Positions 1 through 10,900 of a stretch of 64,000 nucleotides of DNA are shown one piece after another. The notes below the pieces were generated by a model, which worked only from the letters and a program-made list of their open reading frames with translations, searched no databases and was not told the origin of the DNA. Every line of letters starts with the position of its first letter. The first letter of the stretch is position 1. Source of the DNA: a virus; the IMG/VR virus record IMGVR_UViG_3300027777_001718, positions 29,710 through 93,709 of that record; one strand, 5' to 3'. Both the position numbers and the translations under genes were made by a program.

Positions 1-120
1 GCGACCTAGCTGAACAGGAAAAGCTCGGTTGCCTAGCTTTTCGTCGGAAGCTGTAAATTCAGCTTCTAAGCTGCTTGTGCCGGGCTCGATAACAACGGGG
101 ACATTTCGTACTGAAAACAT
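1..120 (-). CDS. hypothetical protein, 5' part (runs off window)
   Basis: ATG at 120 just after the stop of the upstream gene; open frame MFSVRNVPVVIEPG... to the window edge. Confidence 0.5.
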   Translation of the reverse strand, partial: MFSVRNVPVVIEPGTSSLEAEFTASDEKLGNRAFPVQLGR

Positions 121-129
121 GGAAACCGC

Positions 130-1029
130 CTATCGTGTAATGTCGGAATGAGCTTTACGAGCCTTCTGCCGCGGTGCTTCGTCTTCACCGGCAGCGTCAT
201 CGTCTTCCTCACGACTTTCCAGCTCACTACGAACTTTCGCGCACATTGCTTCGTGATCCGACACGATGTCCGAAAGTTTTTGGAAATTCTCTATAACTTC
301 ATTGAGATACCCACGCACTGTCTCGTCCAGCTTTGTGGGCGACGAATTGACAATGTCGTCGTAGATATTGTCTTTGTTTTCTGTCAGCCACAAACTTTCT
401 GAGCGGGTAATAAATCGCCGCTGATGTTGTAACAAATCGTAGATCTGCTGCTTCAGGCCCTTGGGCGACTGATGCGTCCGGCCACTGTTCTTCTGTTTGC
501 CGCGAATCTCTTGCAGCTCCGTAGCCAATGCCCGCGCCGTGTACGCTTCTTCTGCGCACTTTTCCTCAAGCACAGCCCGCTGACCATCATCGGGCACCTG
601 CGCAAGCAGCTGCACGTGGGACGTCGTCAGGCGCCAGCGTGGCCGATCAGGACACCGCATGCCAAGCAAGCGCGTAATCTCGCCCTCGCTTGGGTACTTC
701 TCAAAAAAGTTCACGGCGCCGCGCAGCTGATCAATGGTGTACACGGGTGCAAAGATCGACATGAGCAGTGACGCCCCATCAATGTGAGCTGTCTGCTGTT
801 CTGCCGTCAGATACCGTGCGGGGTCGTCACGGACTTCTGTAATCAACCGACCAACGCGCCAAAACGCCGTCATGTTTGCAATCTGAATGTCACCAAACAG
901 ATTGTCAATCTCTGACACTACGTCTTGTAACGCCGGCGTCAAATTGGTCTGGGCAGTTAGCAACGGAGAATTGCGTGACTCCACAATTTCCGCCTGTATT
1001 GCTAACTCCGATTTAGACTTGCGCCCCAT
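130..1029 (-). CDS. DUF1016/YhcG N-terminal-like DNA-binding protein
   Basis: FWRVGRLI and LTTSHVQLLAQVPDD..R...EAYTARAL motifs resemble DUF1016_N; GGAG RBS. Confidence 0.55.
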   Translation of the reverse strand: MGRKSKSELAIQAEIVESRNSPLLTAQTNLTPALQDVVSEIDNLFGDIQIANMTAFWRVGRLITEVRDDPARYLTAEQQTAHIDGASLLMSIFAPVYTIDQLRGAVNFFEKYPSEGEITRLLGMRCPDRPRWRLTTSHVQLLAQVPDDGQRAVLEEKCAEEAYTARALATELQEIRGKQKNSGRTHQSPKGLKQQIYDLLQHQRRFITRSESLWLTENKDNIYDDIVNSSPTKLDETVRGYLNEVIENFQKLSDIVSDHEAMCAKVRSELESREEDDDAAGEDEAPRQKARKAHSDITR

Positions 1030-1059
1030 AATTCCTCCTTAATGAATAAACAACAAAAC

Positions 1060-2220
1060 CTACTTGCGTTTTTGCTTTTTGGTATCCGGTATCAACATGT
1101 GCATAGCCGCTGCCTGAAGCACATCACGCTGAACGTGGTATTGATTCTTGGCGTACCGCAAAACCGAACAAAACAAGTCATACGCGGTTCTTTCCCGCAA
1201 CGCTTCTTTTGTATAAACCTCTAAAGCTCCGCGCGGTTCTATATCTGCTCCCGCTAGCGCGGCGTTCTTGACAATATTGCGCGACTCATCCCGCGGAATC
1301 TTGAACTTTGACAGATACGTCACCAGACTGTTTGTGACGGCGTCCATGGTCGTTTTGTCGTCAGAGAAATTGAGCGGAACACTGCACAACGCAGCGACCT
1401 GTTTCGCCACTACGTCCATGTCGATCTCTTGCTCAACCGTCCGCGACACAAGCAACTGCGTACGCCCTGTCAGATCAGCGCCAGTATGATTTACGCGTGA
1501 CTTAGGGCCAGACGGCGTCACCGCCACGCCAAACTTGGTGTACAGGCACGTCGCCGCCCGAATGGCCAGCCCCGTATCTTCGCGGTTAGAGAAATACCAG
1601 CCAGCCGCAAAAGTGTGCCGCGGGTTGGTATAGATATCATTACGCCGGGATTTTGGGTTGATGAAATACAACCGCAGCTCCCGGCCAATAATCTCAGCCC
1701 GCGAAAACTGTGCGTCTGGTTGTTTCTCCTGCAGCTCGTTGCAGATGATGTCCAGAAACGCACCGTTGTCGAGCATTCTATGATCAAGGCCCAGAAAGCC
1801 GTCGACCGTTTGCTCCCGGTGGTTTACAAGCAAATTGCGCTCGCGCAAAGCTTCAAACCGTACGCGCAGCACCACGTTGTAAATACCAACCGCGGCAGCA
1901 ACATCACATTCACGCGCGGATAACTTTAAAAAACGGCTATTTTCGCCCGACAACTCGTTAAACAACGCGTTCAATCCGTGCGCCAACGCCGTCGCCAATG
2001 CCCCGAAACCAAGCGCGTTATATCGATAGCCACTCTCAGTCAGCCGGCCGTCGGCGTTCATGACTAGTTGGGCTTCGTCTACAACTGGGACGCACTCTGT
2101 GCTTGCCGTACGCGTCGCTAGAAAATTGCGACAGTCATCCAGCTGGGCCGCCGAAAAAGAGAACGCGGCTACAGGAGCAAAAATGCTTTTTACGCCCGCG
2201 TTGGTAGAAGACATTCTCAC
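1060..2220 (-). CDS. DUF932-like phage protein
   Basis: 386 aa ORF; C-terminal RTAYDLFCSVLRYAK resembles the DUF932 family end. Confidence 0.45.
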   Translation of the reverse strand: MRMSSTNAGVKSIFAPVAAFSFSAAQLDDCRNFLATRTASTECVPVVDEAQLVMNADGRLTESGYRYNALGFGALATALAHGLNALFNELSGENSRFLKLSARECDVAAAVGIYNVVLRVRFEALRERNLLVNHREQTVDGFLGLDHRMLDNGAFLDIICNELQEKQPDAQFSRAEIIGRELRLYFINPKSRRNDIYTNPRHTFAAGWYFSNREDTGLAIRAATCLYTKFGVAVTPSGPKSRVNHTGADLTGRTQLLVSRTVEQEIDMDVVAKQVAALCSVPLNFSDDKTTMDAVTNSLVTYLSKFKIPRDESRNIVKNAALAGADIEPRGALEVYTKEALRERTAYDLFCSVLRYAKNQYHVQRDVLQAAAMHMLIPDTKKQKRK

Positions 2221-2244
2221 CGCGACACCCCATGCCTGCGATTG

Positions 2245-2790
2245 TTACGTCGCCCATTCCGCGCCAATAAGCGGAAACAACGTACTGGTCAACTCAACGG
2301 TCATCGGCATCTTGTCAAACTGCAAGTTCCACGTCACACGCGGAATATCGCCGGCATCTGTATTCAAGTTATGCGCACAAAACATTGTCCGCACAACCGG
2401 AAATACAAAGATGAAGTTACTGCCAGTATCCACTTCTTGCCGGCGCAAGTTTTTCGATATAGCCTGACAAAGCCTGTTTCTACCCGCTGTGGGATTCTTG
2501 AACAAGTCGCTGATCGTAAGTTCGTGCAACTTCGGAATCCGGCGGCCGCACAAAACTGCCGGGAAATGAAGGTAGGCGCTGTTAAACCAATTAAAGTTCA
2601 ACTTGTCGTGCCCTGTCATATCCCGGCACTCATTTGCCAGCTTACCCCACCCAAGCCGTTTGATACCGCACTCATTGAAGACACGCTTAATAATGCGCTC
2701 TTCAAACGCCAGTTGCCGTTGAAGCCGGACAGCGTCGGCGTTTTCGCTATTTTCGTTAAACAGATTGCCAAAGAATTGATCGCGGTCCAT
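2245..2790 (-). CDS. hypothetical protein
   Basis: 181 aa ORF tiling the operon. Confidence 0.7.
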   Translation of the reverse strand: MDRDQFFGNLFNENSENADAVRLQRQLAFEERIIKRVFNECGIKRLGWGKLANECRDMTGHDKLNFNWFNSAYLHFPAVLCGRRIPKLHELTISDLFKNPTAGRNRLCQAISKNLRRQEVDTGSNFIFVFPVVRTMFCAHNLNTDAGDIPRVTWNLQFDKMPMTVELTSTLFPLIGAEWAT

Positions 2791-2793
2791 GAT

Positions 2794-3006
2794 TTACTCA
2801 ATCGTGATGCCGTGTGAGTTACGAATTATGTCGCGTATTTCTTGTAAGTGCCTGTCGATCTCTTCGGGCAGATTGCCGTGTTTGATCAGTCCGCGGCAAT
2901 GCTGGTCAATATCCCAGATCAAATTGCGGGCAGCTGCGCCTTCAACGGCTGCCGTAAACTCTGACTGCTCTTCGGGAAGGTCAAAAGATAGCGTGGCTTT
3001 CGGCAT
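2794..3006 (-). CDS. small conserved phage protein
   Basis: MPKATLSFDLPEEQ-type N-terminus; tiles operon. Confidence 0.7.
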   Translation of the reverse strand: MPKATLSFDLPEEQSEFTAAVEGAAARNLIWDIDQHCRGLIKHGNLPEEIDRHLQEIRDIIRNSHGITIE

Positions 3007-3009
3007 GGT

Positions 3010-3384
3010 TCACCCTGTTTGCGGGAAATCTGGCGCCTTGTCTGCCGTCATTTCAAACTTGGTGTAATCAGCGGCATCTTCTGGCATCACACCGCGATAC
3101 GTGAACGCCGTAAGCGACCGGTTAGCCACTTCAGGATCAGGATAAGTCAGCGCGACATACCAATGGCAAACATCTTCGTCGCGCGCGTTGGTCACCTTTT
3201 GGTAGAACCCGATACCGTGCTCGTAGTAAAGGTCGCGTAATAAAGATCTGAGCGGACAATAAATGTCTGGGTATGACTCCGCTGTGATTTCTTCGTCTGG
3301 CTCTTCGGCTGGCACGTTTTGCCCGTGCAATGGGCCGCCAAAACACGCCATCATCGGCACAAACTCTTTCTCTTCATGACTCAT
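3010..3384 (-). CDS. hypothetical protein
   Basis: 124 aa ORF with FGGPLHG motif; tiles operon. Confidence 0.65.
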   Translation of the reverse strand: MSHEEKEFVPMMACFGGPLHGQNVPAEEPDEEITAESYPDIYCPLRSLLRDLYYEHGIGFYQKVTNARDEDVCHWYVALTYPDPEVANRSLTAFTYRGVMPEDAADYTKFEMTADKAPDFPQTG

Positions 3385-3619
3385 CGGTTATTGGCTCCGG
3401 CGGAACTCGTGTAAAATCTGCGTCGTGTCTAAATTCGCCGCACCAATCGCTACGCCTAACTTCAGGCCAAACACCGATTAAAATGGCTGCGTCTTTGGCC
3501 GCACGCGCTGCTGGTGCATGGCGCCTACAAAACCCATGCGCGTTGTTGTTTTCGGGGTGGTCGTAAAAGAAACAGTTAAAACAAACAACAGCTTCCGCGT
3601 CATTCTTTAAATTACTCAT
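3374..3619 (-). CDS. small Cys-rich metal-binding phage protein
   Basis: CxxCxF...GxCRRxxP...WPxV..xDWCGEF motif. Confidence 0.7.
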   Translation of the reverse strand: MSNLKNDAEAVVCFNCFFYDHPENNNAHGFCRRHAPAARAAKDAAILIGVWPEVRRSDWCGEFRHDADFTRVPPEPITDES

Positions 3620-4992
3620 CAGTCAACTTGGCCTAGTGGGTCAAAATCGGTCGGGATAATATCGCTAACAGCACTCGACGCGGCCATTAGCTCAGGAATG
3701 TCCGTCATTTCCTTAGTCTTAAGCTCGGCCATAACTTGCTCACGGAACTTACGGGCTGGATCGCAGATTGGGTAGTCATTCACGCCCAGAATGCCGTGCA
3801 AGAGCCCCATGACCTTTTTGTTGCTCTCCAGCGCCATCGAGGCCTCAACCTCTGACAGCGCGTCCTGCTTGGAGATACCCAGCGCATTAGAAAACACAAG
3901 CGGCACATCAGCGTTCTTGGTGCCGTGCTTGTATTCCAGATCGCACACTTGTCTAAGAAGCGCCGGCAGTTTGGGATCCGTGCCCGGCTGCGGTTTCTTG
4001 TCGGCAGCCTGCAAATCCATCAACAGCCTGATAGTTGCGGTATGCCAGTCCCAGTAATGGTACTGCTTGTTGGTATACGACTCGTTCCCTTCAGCATCGC
4101 GGCCAGCAACAATGTCGTTGTACCACATGAGGTTAACAACGATCTTCCGGCCGGGAGCGCCAAGGTTATTCTTGGTCGCGGCGATACGCACAGACTGCCC
4201 CTCGTACCGCCCGCCGGTGATATTCTTTTGCGATGCCTTGGACATATCCAAAATCAGCGTCGGGTAATAGTCCAGAGAAGCGCCGCCGGGAGCATACTTC
4301 TTGGGCGGGCCAAATCCCATAGAGTTGATTTCCTCCTTGAGATGGTTCGTGGCTACCAGCGCAATTGGATAGTGCCGCAGCGTGGGCACCAGCGCCGTCC
4401 GCATAAAGTCAGACAGGTTCCGGGCCAGATATGGATGCCCAGCAGCCGCATGACCCTCGTCAGCCACCTTCTCAACGCGCCGGTCAACCTCGACAGCCGA
4501 GATAGAGTCCACGCCGATACAAATAGGAATAACCCGGTCAGGGGCATTCTCGGCGTCGATCTGCTTGTGGATCGCTTGGCAAAAGCCCATGTACTTCTTC
4601 TGCCACTCTTCCACGCTCGCCGCCGTCGTGACTTTGGTACGGGCCATATACTGCGGATTGTGCCCGAAGAGGCCAGACATCATCGTCGGGCTGCCCTTGT
4701 TTTCAGTGTCGATCATAATCGCGCCGCCGCCATATACGTGGAACCAGCGCATGATCTCAATCAAAAACGCAGACTTGCCGGCGCTGAACTCACCGCGAAG
4801 CTGGATAAACCGGCTCAGCGGAAAGATATTCGCCTGCAACAGATATCGTGCCGCCAGTGACGGCAGCGGCAGGCCGATCAGCGGATCATTATCCTCTGCC
4901 GTGGCCTTGAGCACTTCCGTAAACATCGGGTGCTCGCCATTGCGGGCTTGGATATCAACTGATTCGTTTTCTTCCTTGCGTTTCCTGCCCAT
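3619..4992 (-). CDS. recA: RecA/UvsX-like recombinase
   Basis: Walker A GEFSAGKS, IDTE, Walker B IGVDS, TNHL, PGG, KNNLG motifs; start trimmed to MGRKRKE. Confidence 0.85.
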   Translation of the reverse strand: MGRKRKEENESVDIQARNGEHPMFTEVLKATAEDNDPLIGLPLPSLAARYLLQANIFPLSRFIQLRGEFSAGKSAFLIEIMRWFHVYGGGAIMIDTENKGSPTMMSGLFGHNPQYMARTKVTTAASVEEWQKKYMGFCQAIHKQIDAENAPDRVIPICIGVDSISAVEVDRRVEKVADEGHAAAGHPYLARNLSDFMRTALVPTLRHYPIALVATNHLKEEINSMGFGPPKKYAPGGASLDYYPTLILDMSKASQKNITGGRYEGQSVRIAATKNNLGAPGRKIVVNLMWYNDIVAGRDAEGNESYTNKQYHYWDWHTATIRLLMDLQAADKKPQPGTDPKLPALLRQVCDLEYKHGTKNADVPLVFSNALGISKQDALSEVEASMALESNKKVMGLLHGILGVNDYPICDPARKFREQVMAELKTKEMTDIPELMAASSAVSDIIPTDFDPLGQVD

Positions 4993-5077
4993 TTCAATCT
5001 TTCTTGTTTTGATATTAATTCGTGCCGCCCCGGGCGGTAGCGACATTGCCACCGCCCGGGGTAAACACTATTTACCG

Positions 5078-6358
5078 TTACCGCGTACGCAGTGACCGCG
5101 CATTATCTGTGATATGCGACGGAAAAAACCCCGACGTGCTATCTGGAATCACCCAGATATGTGCAAGATCAGGGGCCAGATCTGCAAGCTTATTGTGATA
5201 GAACTCAACGCGATCCCGCTTGTACGCGGGCAGCTTCTTCTCGTGCCAGATGTCGAGAAGCGCCTTCAGCTGGGTAGCGCCCTGCGTTTTGTCCCGTGCC
5301 ATACTCTTGACACGGCTAATGTACAGCGCCAGAAACGTTGTACACAACGACAAATGCCGGAAATACTGAGATTCATCAGACTTCAACGTAATGTGAAGCA
5401 GCTTTTCGACTGTTCCTTTCGTGTTCTCCGTGTCAAGCACAATACTCGGCGTGCAATGATGAAACATCTGCTCGACAACAGTCGAGTTCGCAAAACCGGC
5501 GGCCTCAAACTTTTCGATAAACATGGCCACACTGCGCAACATGTCACCGCCAATACTTTCAGCGCACCGCCAATGCGCAGAAGTTTGCGACACAAGAAAT
5601 AGCACCCGCTCAAGCACGCCTTTGCCGTACTTGTCGTAGATCTCTTCCAGCGCATACGGCACCTTGATGTTTGGATACGCAGCGCGGCCGCGGCTATCCG
5701 TAGACATCTCAAGCCCAGCAGCCTGAACAATCTCCAAAATTTCATCAATCTTCGGGTCGCTCGACGCCTTACGCGCTTTATAAATATCAAGCTGTGCGTG
5801 CGGCCGCGTTCTGTAATTGCACGTCGAGTAAATCGTGGCTTCGTCTTCCACGGCATCGACAATTGTCACCTCACACAACACAGCCGGCTCACCGTTCTCA
5901 ATCGATGCCAACACACGATGTGCGCCATCAGCTACACGCGCAAACACCGCAATTACAACGCCCTGCTCGTTGACTACTCTACGCATTGTAATCAGTGGCA
6001 TGCGCCGCGCCTTGCGCACAGGGAAACAAATCATTTCCGCAACGTGCGGATAATCGCAACGCTTATTGCGACACCACTCGTCATCTAACGTCATCGCAGT
6101 TGTTGGAATGGCCATAATTGCCCTGCCGTCAGGAACAATGTTTTCTCGGCGGCAGTAGTCATCTGTCGTCGCGATGTTAAGCTCGGCCTGCTGATAGAGC
6201 GCGATCATCTGCTCTAACGACAACGACGCAGTCTGCAGAATTTCATCATTTGCAGTACGCGGCAGATTCTTGAATGTGTACTCGACCTCTTTATTAAACT
6301 TGCAACGCACTGTAAACGGCTTTTCAACCTTCGGCACAACCGCATTTGAATTAGGCAT
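5078..6358 (-). CDS. ParB/Srx-like (DUF6551-like) domain protein
   Basis: VADGAHRV (DGxHR) motif followed by EA..Y...N. Confidence 0.55.
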   Translation of the reverse strand: MPNSNAVVPKVEKPFTVRCKFNKEVEYTFKNLPRTANDEILQTASLSLEQMIALYQQAELNIATTDDYCRRENIVPDGRAIMAIPTTAMTLDDEWCRNKRCDYPHVAEMICFPVRKARRMPLITMRRVVNEQGVVIAVFARVADGAHRVLASIENGEPAVLCEVTIVDAVEDEATIYSTCNYRTRPHAQLDIYKARKASSDPKIDEILEIVQAAGLEMSTDSRGRAAYPNIKVPYALEEIYDKYGKGVLERVLFLVSQTSAHWRCAESIGGDMLRSVAMFIEKFEAAGFANSTVVEQMFHHCTPSIVLDTENTKGTVEKLLHITLKSDESQYFRHLSLCTTFLALYISRVKSMARDKTQGATQLKALLDIWHEKKLPAYKRDRVEFYHNKLADLAPDLAHIWVIPDSTSGFFPSHITDNARSLRTR

Positions 6359-6399
6359 AAATTTCGCTGTCCTTACGTGTAGGGGTAACAAAAAGAATG

Positions 6400-6476
6400 A
6401 AAAAGAAAGAAACCTCGCCGCGGAGCCCTCGTAACCGCTTGCGACGATTACGCAGGAAGTGGGCCCCGCGGTGAGG
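6400..6476 (-). terminator. long imperfect hairpin plus U-tract downstream of SSB gene
   Basis: minus strand CCTCACCGCGG...CCGCGGCGAGG stem (6413-6476) followed by TTTCTTTCTTTTT. Confidence 0.65.
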
Positions 6477-6483
6477 AGATCAA

Positions 6484-7869
6484 CTACTTCTTGCCGGCAG
6501 CGCGAGCGCGAGCCTTGGCAAGAATGTCCGCAGAGTCCCGCTTGACAGCGGGCGCAGCTGCCTGCGGCGCGACAATAGGCGGCGGAATAGCCGCAACGTC
6601 AGAAAACATGCCAGCCACGCCAGCTTCTTCCTCTGCAGAAAGTTCAGCCGTCGGCGGATCCCACGGCGCCGGAGGATCCATGCTAACAGGCGCCTGTCGG
6701 GCTGTTGACGCGGCAGGACGAGTTACCGTCTTCTGGTAATGCGTCTCGTCCAGCTCTTCTACAGACACGCTAGCCCCGGAGAACGTCGCCGTGCCCTTGG
6801 GCAATGCACGCATGTACTCGGGGTACTCACGCCATGCAAAGTCCAGCGCTTCACGCGGGAACACAGGCGCCAGCATTTCAGCCTGTTCTTCGTACGTTGG
6901 CAGGCGCAGATAATCGTCCCACGAACCAGTCTCCGCTACGATGCGGTCGGCATACGGCTCAAGGGAGATTTCCTGCCCGTTGAACGTGTCGTGAAGAATG
7001 CCAAAGTGCGTGTAATCACTACGCGAATTCGGATATCCCACCACATACTTGGCCGACGCAGGACCACGGGCAAACTTCGGGCACTGGAACGCAGCTACGC
7101 CTTCCGGGCCAGTCGCTGCCAGATTTGAGCCACCGCTCTTGAACGACTCGGGAAGAATCGTAAACAGCTTTGCAGCCCCGAACGACAACATGTCACCGCT
7201 CAAGTGTTCGCCGGTGCTTTCGTCGCGCACCTTGAGCGCTGACAGCATGGCCTCGCCAGCGCTGGTTTTTAAGCCGATGATACGGGCGTTACGCTTGTTG
7301 TCGTCCGAGAACGCACCAAGCGTGATCTTTCCGTGATCGTCAACAAACACAACACTCGCCGAAACAAGCAACGTTTTCTCAGGCTTCTTAAGCGAGCCGA
7401 TGTGAGAATTACGCACAAACTCTTTCGACAGCAGCTCGCTGAACAGCCGGCCCAGCGTCGGATGCGGGTTGTCCTTGGAATTATCGTAAGCCACTTTGCG
7501 CAAAACGTGCAGAGGGCTTTCGTACAGATTCAAGTCCGGGTTGCCATTGTGAACAATGAAACAGATACCCGGATTGCCGACCCAGTGAGCACAGGTAACA
7601 AGTCGCTGCCAGTCACCGTAAGAAACGTTGTCCCGACCTTCACGGAAATTGGCAAATTGCCGATCTCCGCCGTTGCTTTCTTCATACATGGGAAGAAGCC
7701 GAAGGCAAAGACCGTTTGCCATCAGTTCACCGCCAGATGCAATCAGAATGTTATTCTGTTTGCCGTACGCGTAGCGGGATTTGCTATTTGAACCGCCTGT
7801 GCCAATGTTGTTGGCTTTGCGGTAATCAGGATCAAGCGCAGCTAAATTTGCCGCGTTATAGCGAGGCAT
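6484..7869 (-). CDS. putative gp32-like single-stranded DNA-binding protein
   Basis: LRLLP motif, low-complexity linker and C-terminal ADILAKARAR; located next to DNA polymerase. Confidence 0.55.
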   Translation of the reverse strand: MPRYNAANLAALDPDYRKANNIGTGGSNSKSRYAYGKQNNILIASGGELMANGLCLRLLPMYEESNGGDRQFANFREGRDNVSYGDWQRLVTCAHWVGNPGICFIVHNGNPDLNLYESPLHVLRKVAYDNSKDNPHPTLGRLFSELLSKEFVRNSHIGSLKKPEKTLLVSASVVFVDDHGKITLGAFSDDNKRNARIIGLKTSAGEAMLSALKVRDESTGEHLSGDMLSFGAAKLFTILPESFKSGGSNLAATGPEGVAAFQCPKFARGPASAKYVVGYPNSRSDYTHFGILHDTFNGQEISLEPYADRIVAETGSWDDYLRLPTYEEQAEMLAPVFPREALDFAWREYPEYMRALPKGTATFSGASVSVEELDETHYQKTVTRPAASTARQAPVSMDPPAPWDPPTAELSAEEEAGVAGMFSDVAAIPPPIVAPQAAAPAVKRDSADILAKARARAAGKK

Positions 7870-7926
7870 ATCAACCTTCTCTTTCTTTGTAATTAAGGGC
7901 CCTATTGCCCTGTGTTATCTGCCCGC

Positions 7927-7955
7927 AGTTTAGCGCGCAGAATCGAAAAGTCCAG
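7927..7955 (-). promoter_or_regulatory. possible sigma70-like promoter for the SSB gene
   Basis: CTGGAC-17 nt-TAAACT in the intergenic gap. Confidence 0.35.
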
Positions 7956-7957
7956 AC

Positions 7958-10900
7958 CTACTCAGAAAAAAGCCAATCCAAGCCAAAAGTCCTTGCGGCA
8001 TCAGGCTTTAGCTTCTCCCCCCAGTGCACAAAAACGTCCCTGTCCATGCCGAAATGGTACGGCCCAGCGCCCTTGATCAAGGTGCCGTCCAACCGCCGCG
8101 GCCAGAACTCAACGTCATCAATCATGCATTTGGGAATCACTTCCTTGTAAACACGCTCGGCGTGCTCAAAAGGCACTATCAACACAATCGCGTCATGGAT
8201 CTGCAGCGCGATCTTATAATCAATGTCAGGGTGCTCATTCCGGTACTTACAGAAGTTTGCCAACGCAATAGAAACGGCATCAGCAACGCCACCTTGAATA
8301 GGGAAGTTCTGCGCCTGCCTTTCCTGCTCGCCCTGCACAGAGCGCTCGTTAGACTCTACGAACCGCCGGAACCGACCATACGGCCCTACAAGCCAACCGG
8401 GGGACTGCGACCGTGACCGGCATTCAGCCAGAAAAGCTTTCGTGCCGGGATAAGCTTTGAAATAGGCGTCGATCATCCGCTGGCAATCATCAGCGCTAAC
8501 GTCAACGCCCTCTTCTTTGCACTGCCGCGCAATGGCTTCTGACCCGCGACCGTATGGAATACCAAAGTTCACGTTTTTGGCCGCAATACGCAAACCTTTC
8601 TTGCCGGCCGCTACCAACCCGCTTTTTGTGGGCTCGACGCCTTGGAGATTGAACGTCTTGACTGCCTGCTGACTGTGGATGTCGTAGTGATTGGGATCGC
8701 TCTCCGGCAGAAGATTCCGCCGGACGTGTTCAATCATATCTTTATCCTGCGACAACCACGCCAGCACAGCCAACTCAGCGCCCGTCAAGTCAGTCTCAAT
8801 TCCAACGTGGCCCTCGGGTACACGAAGAATCGACCGTACAGGATGTTTGTAGTGTTCCTTGCCAATTATTCTTTTATAGTCGTCTTCTCGGCGGCTACTG
8901 AGGTTTTGCAAGGGCGGGCGGGAACTAGAGGCGCGGCCGGTTTCCTTCGTCTGGAATAAGTGCGTGCGCACTTTGCCGTCGGAGTGTACGCACCCGACGA
9001 GGCCTTTTTCGTAAGCAAAGTTTCCGTTTTCGTCTGTTTCAAAATCACCCGTTTCATTTTCAGACGGTTTGCGTAATACCGACTGCAGCACCTGACTGGC
9101 GAACTTGTAATCGCGAATCTTGGCTGCTGTTGCGTTGTCGTGGCCGAGAATACCGAGACTTTCCTTGTCTGTGCTGGGCGTCGCTGTCTTTGGATCCACG
9201 CCCTTCCACGTCATGTCGGCCCACAATACTGGCCGTTTACCAGTTGTCTTGATCGGCCGCAGGTTGAGTACTCGCGCGTCTTCTGGCACAGCCGGGGCGT
9301 TGGTATACCGACTAGCAAACGCCCGCCCAAAAAGCGCCACAGATAACTGCGGTTGCGACTTGGGGTTGAACGCCGGCCAATTTAGCTCTGCCCGAATTTC
9401 TGCCAACAACCGGTCTTGTGTCTGCATGAACAGGGTTGTTAACTCGTCGGCCCTATTTCTATCAATAACCATGCCGGTCATTTCCATCTCTAGAAACGCC
9501 AGCGACGCGGTATGCGCTGTCCAGTAGGGCAGCCAGCAGTCGTTGCCGTACATATCATGCCGCAACATGCCGTCTGCCCCGTTCGTGCCATAGAACCGCA
9601 TGGCAATTCTGCGCGTCACGTCAGCGTCATAGGACGCATACGGGTGCAGTACGTAAGCTGGGCATTCGCCGTAGCCGCCAACTTCACTGGCTTTAAGTTT
9701 GTTTTCAGCCCGGTACTTCTTTTTCCACTTGTCAAGCGGTTCCCAATAAGTCGGCGCCGTCGTGAATTTCATCGAGCATTCGTCAAGGCCGTAGCGGGCG
9801 CACTCATTGACAGCATGGTACATCAAGCTCGTGTCCCAGCCGCCGTGACACCGGTCGTCTGGGTCGCTAGCCGGAGCATACTCATCACGGCAGTCCACGC
9901 CGAACGCCAGTAGCCACGGAAGGTCAGCGCGGAGGAAATGCCCGCCAACCCGTACGCGCCTGTCTGGCGTGCTTTTAAGCAGCCGGAGTAGCTCACGCCG
10001 CACAACTTCAAGGCCCGGTTTAAACGCAACAGCGCCACCCTGATGCCGTAAAACAATAGTCCGGGCCCATTTGTCTTTGTTTGACACCTGAACAGTCCGC
10101 AGATACGCGCCGGCTTCTGTGGGATACTCACCGTGCCACTCACAGTCCACTGCAATGATATTTGCGTTGGGTTCTGGATCAGCAATCATCGAATCAACCA
10201 ACTCAACCAGCGCGGCTTCTGTATAGATATCTGCGTGGTCGACCTGCTCTGCCGTATAAATCTGGTCATCTAGCAGCGACTTGAAACGCGCAATCTGGCC
10301 CTCAAAGTCACCAGTCGCGTCAGGCTTGCGCACCACATAAGCCGGATGCATCACCGACATGACTTTGATTTCACGTGGATTACCCGCGGCGTCAAAAGAG
10401 GCTAAGGGTAATACACGGCCAGTTAACCCGGTCACATTCCCGGCCGTACGCATGACAGCTTTAGCCGCGTCATTGCCAAGGCACAAAATGTAGTCAGGCT
10501 CAACGAGTCTGATTTCCTGTTCTAGCAAAATGGCACAGTCTTTAATCCACGCCGCAGGAACAGCTGTAATCTCTTCTCGACCAGCTGTAAATTTGCACGC
10601 CGCAGTGACGTACCAACTGCAGTAAGTTTCGGGACTAATACCTGCGGCTTCCATCGTATCAGCCAGCAGCAACATGCCTGTGCTACCGATATAATTCTGA
10701 TGGCTTAACTCAAACGCGCTGGGAATTTTGCCAACAACCATGACTTTAGCTTTATGGAATGGCCCGAAGATTGCGGCCGGTTGAAGCGCGTCTTCAGTTC
10801 CCCAGATGTGGCCGGGCAAAAACTCAGCTTCCACCTGCTGCGTCTTGAGCATCACAGGCATTGGGAATTGGGGCTTGTAAAGCGCATCCCTATACAGCTT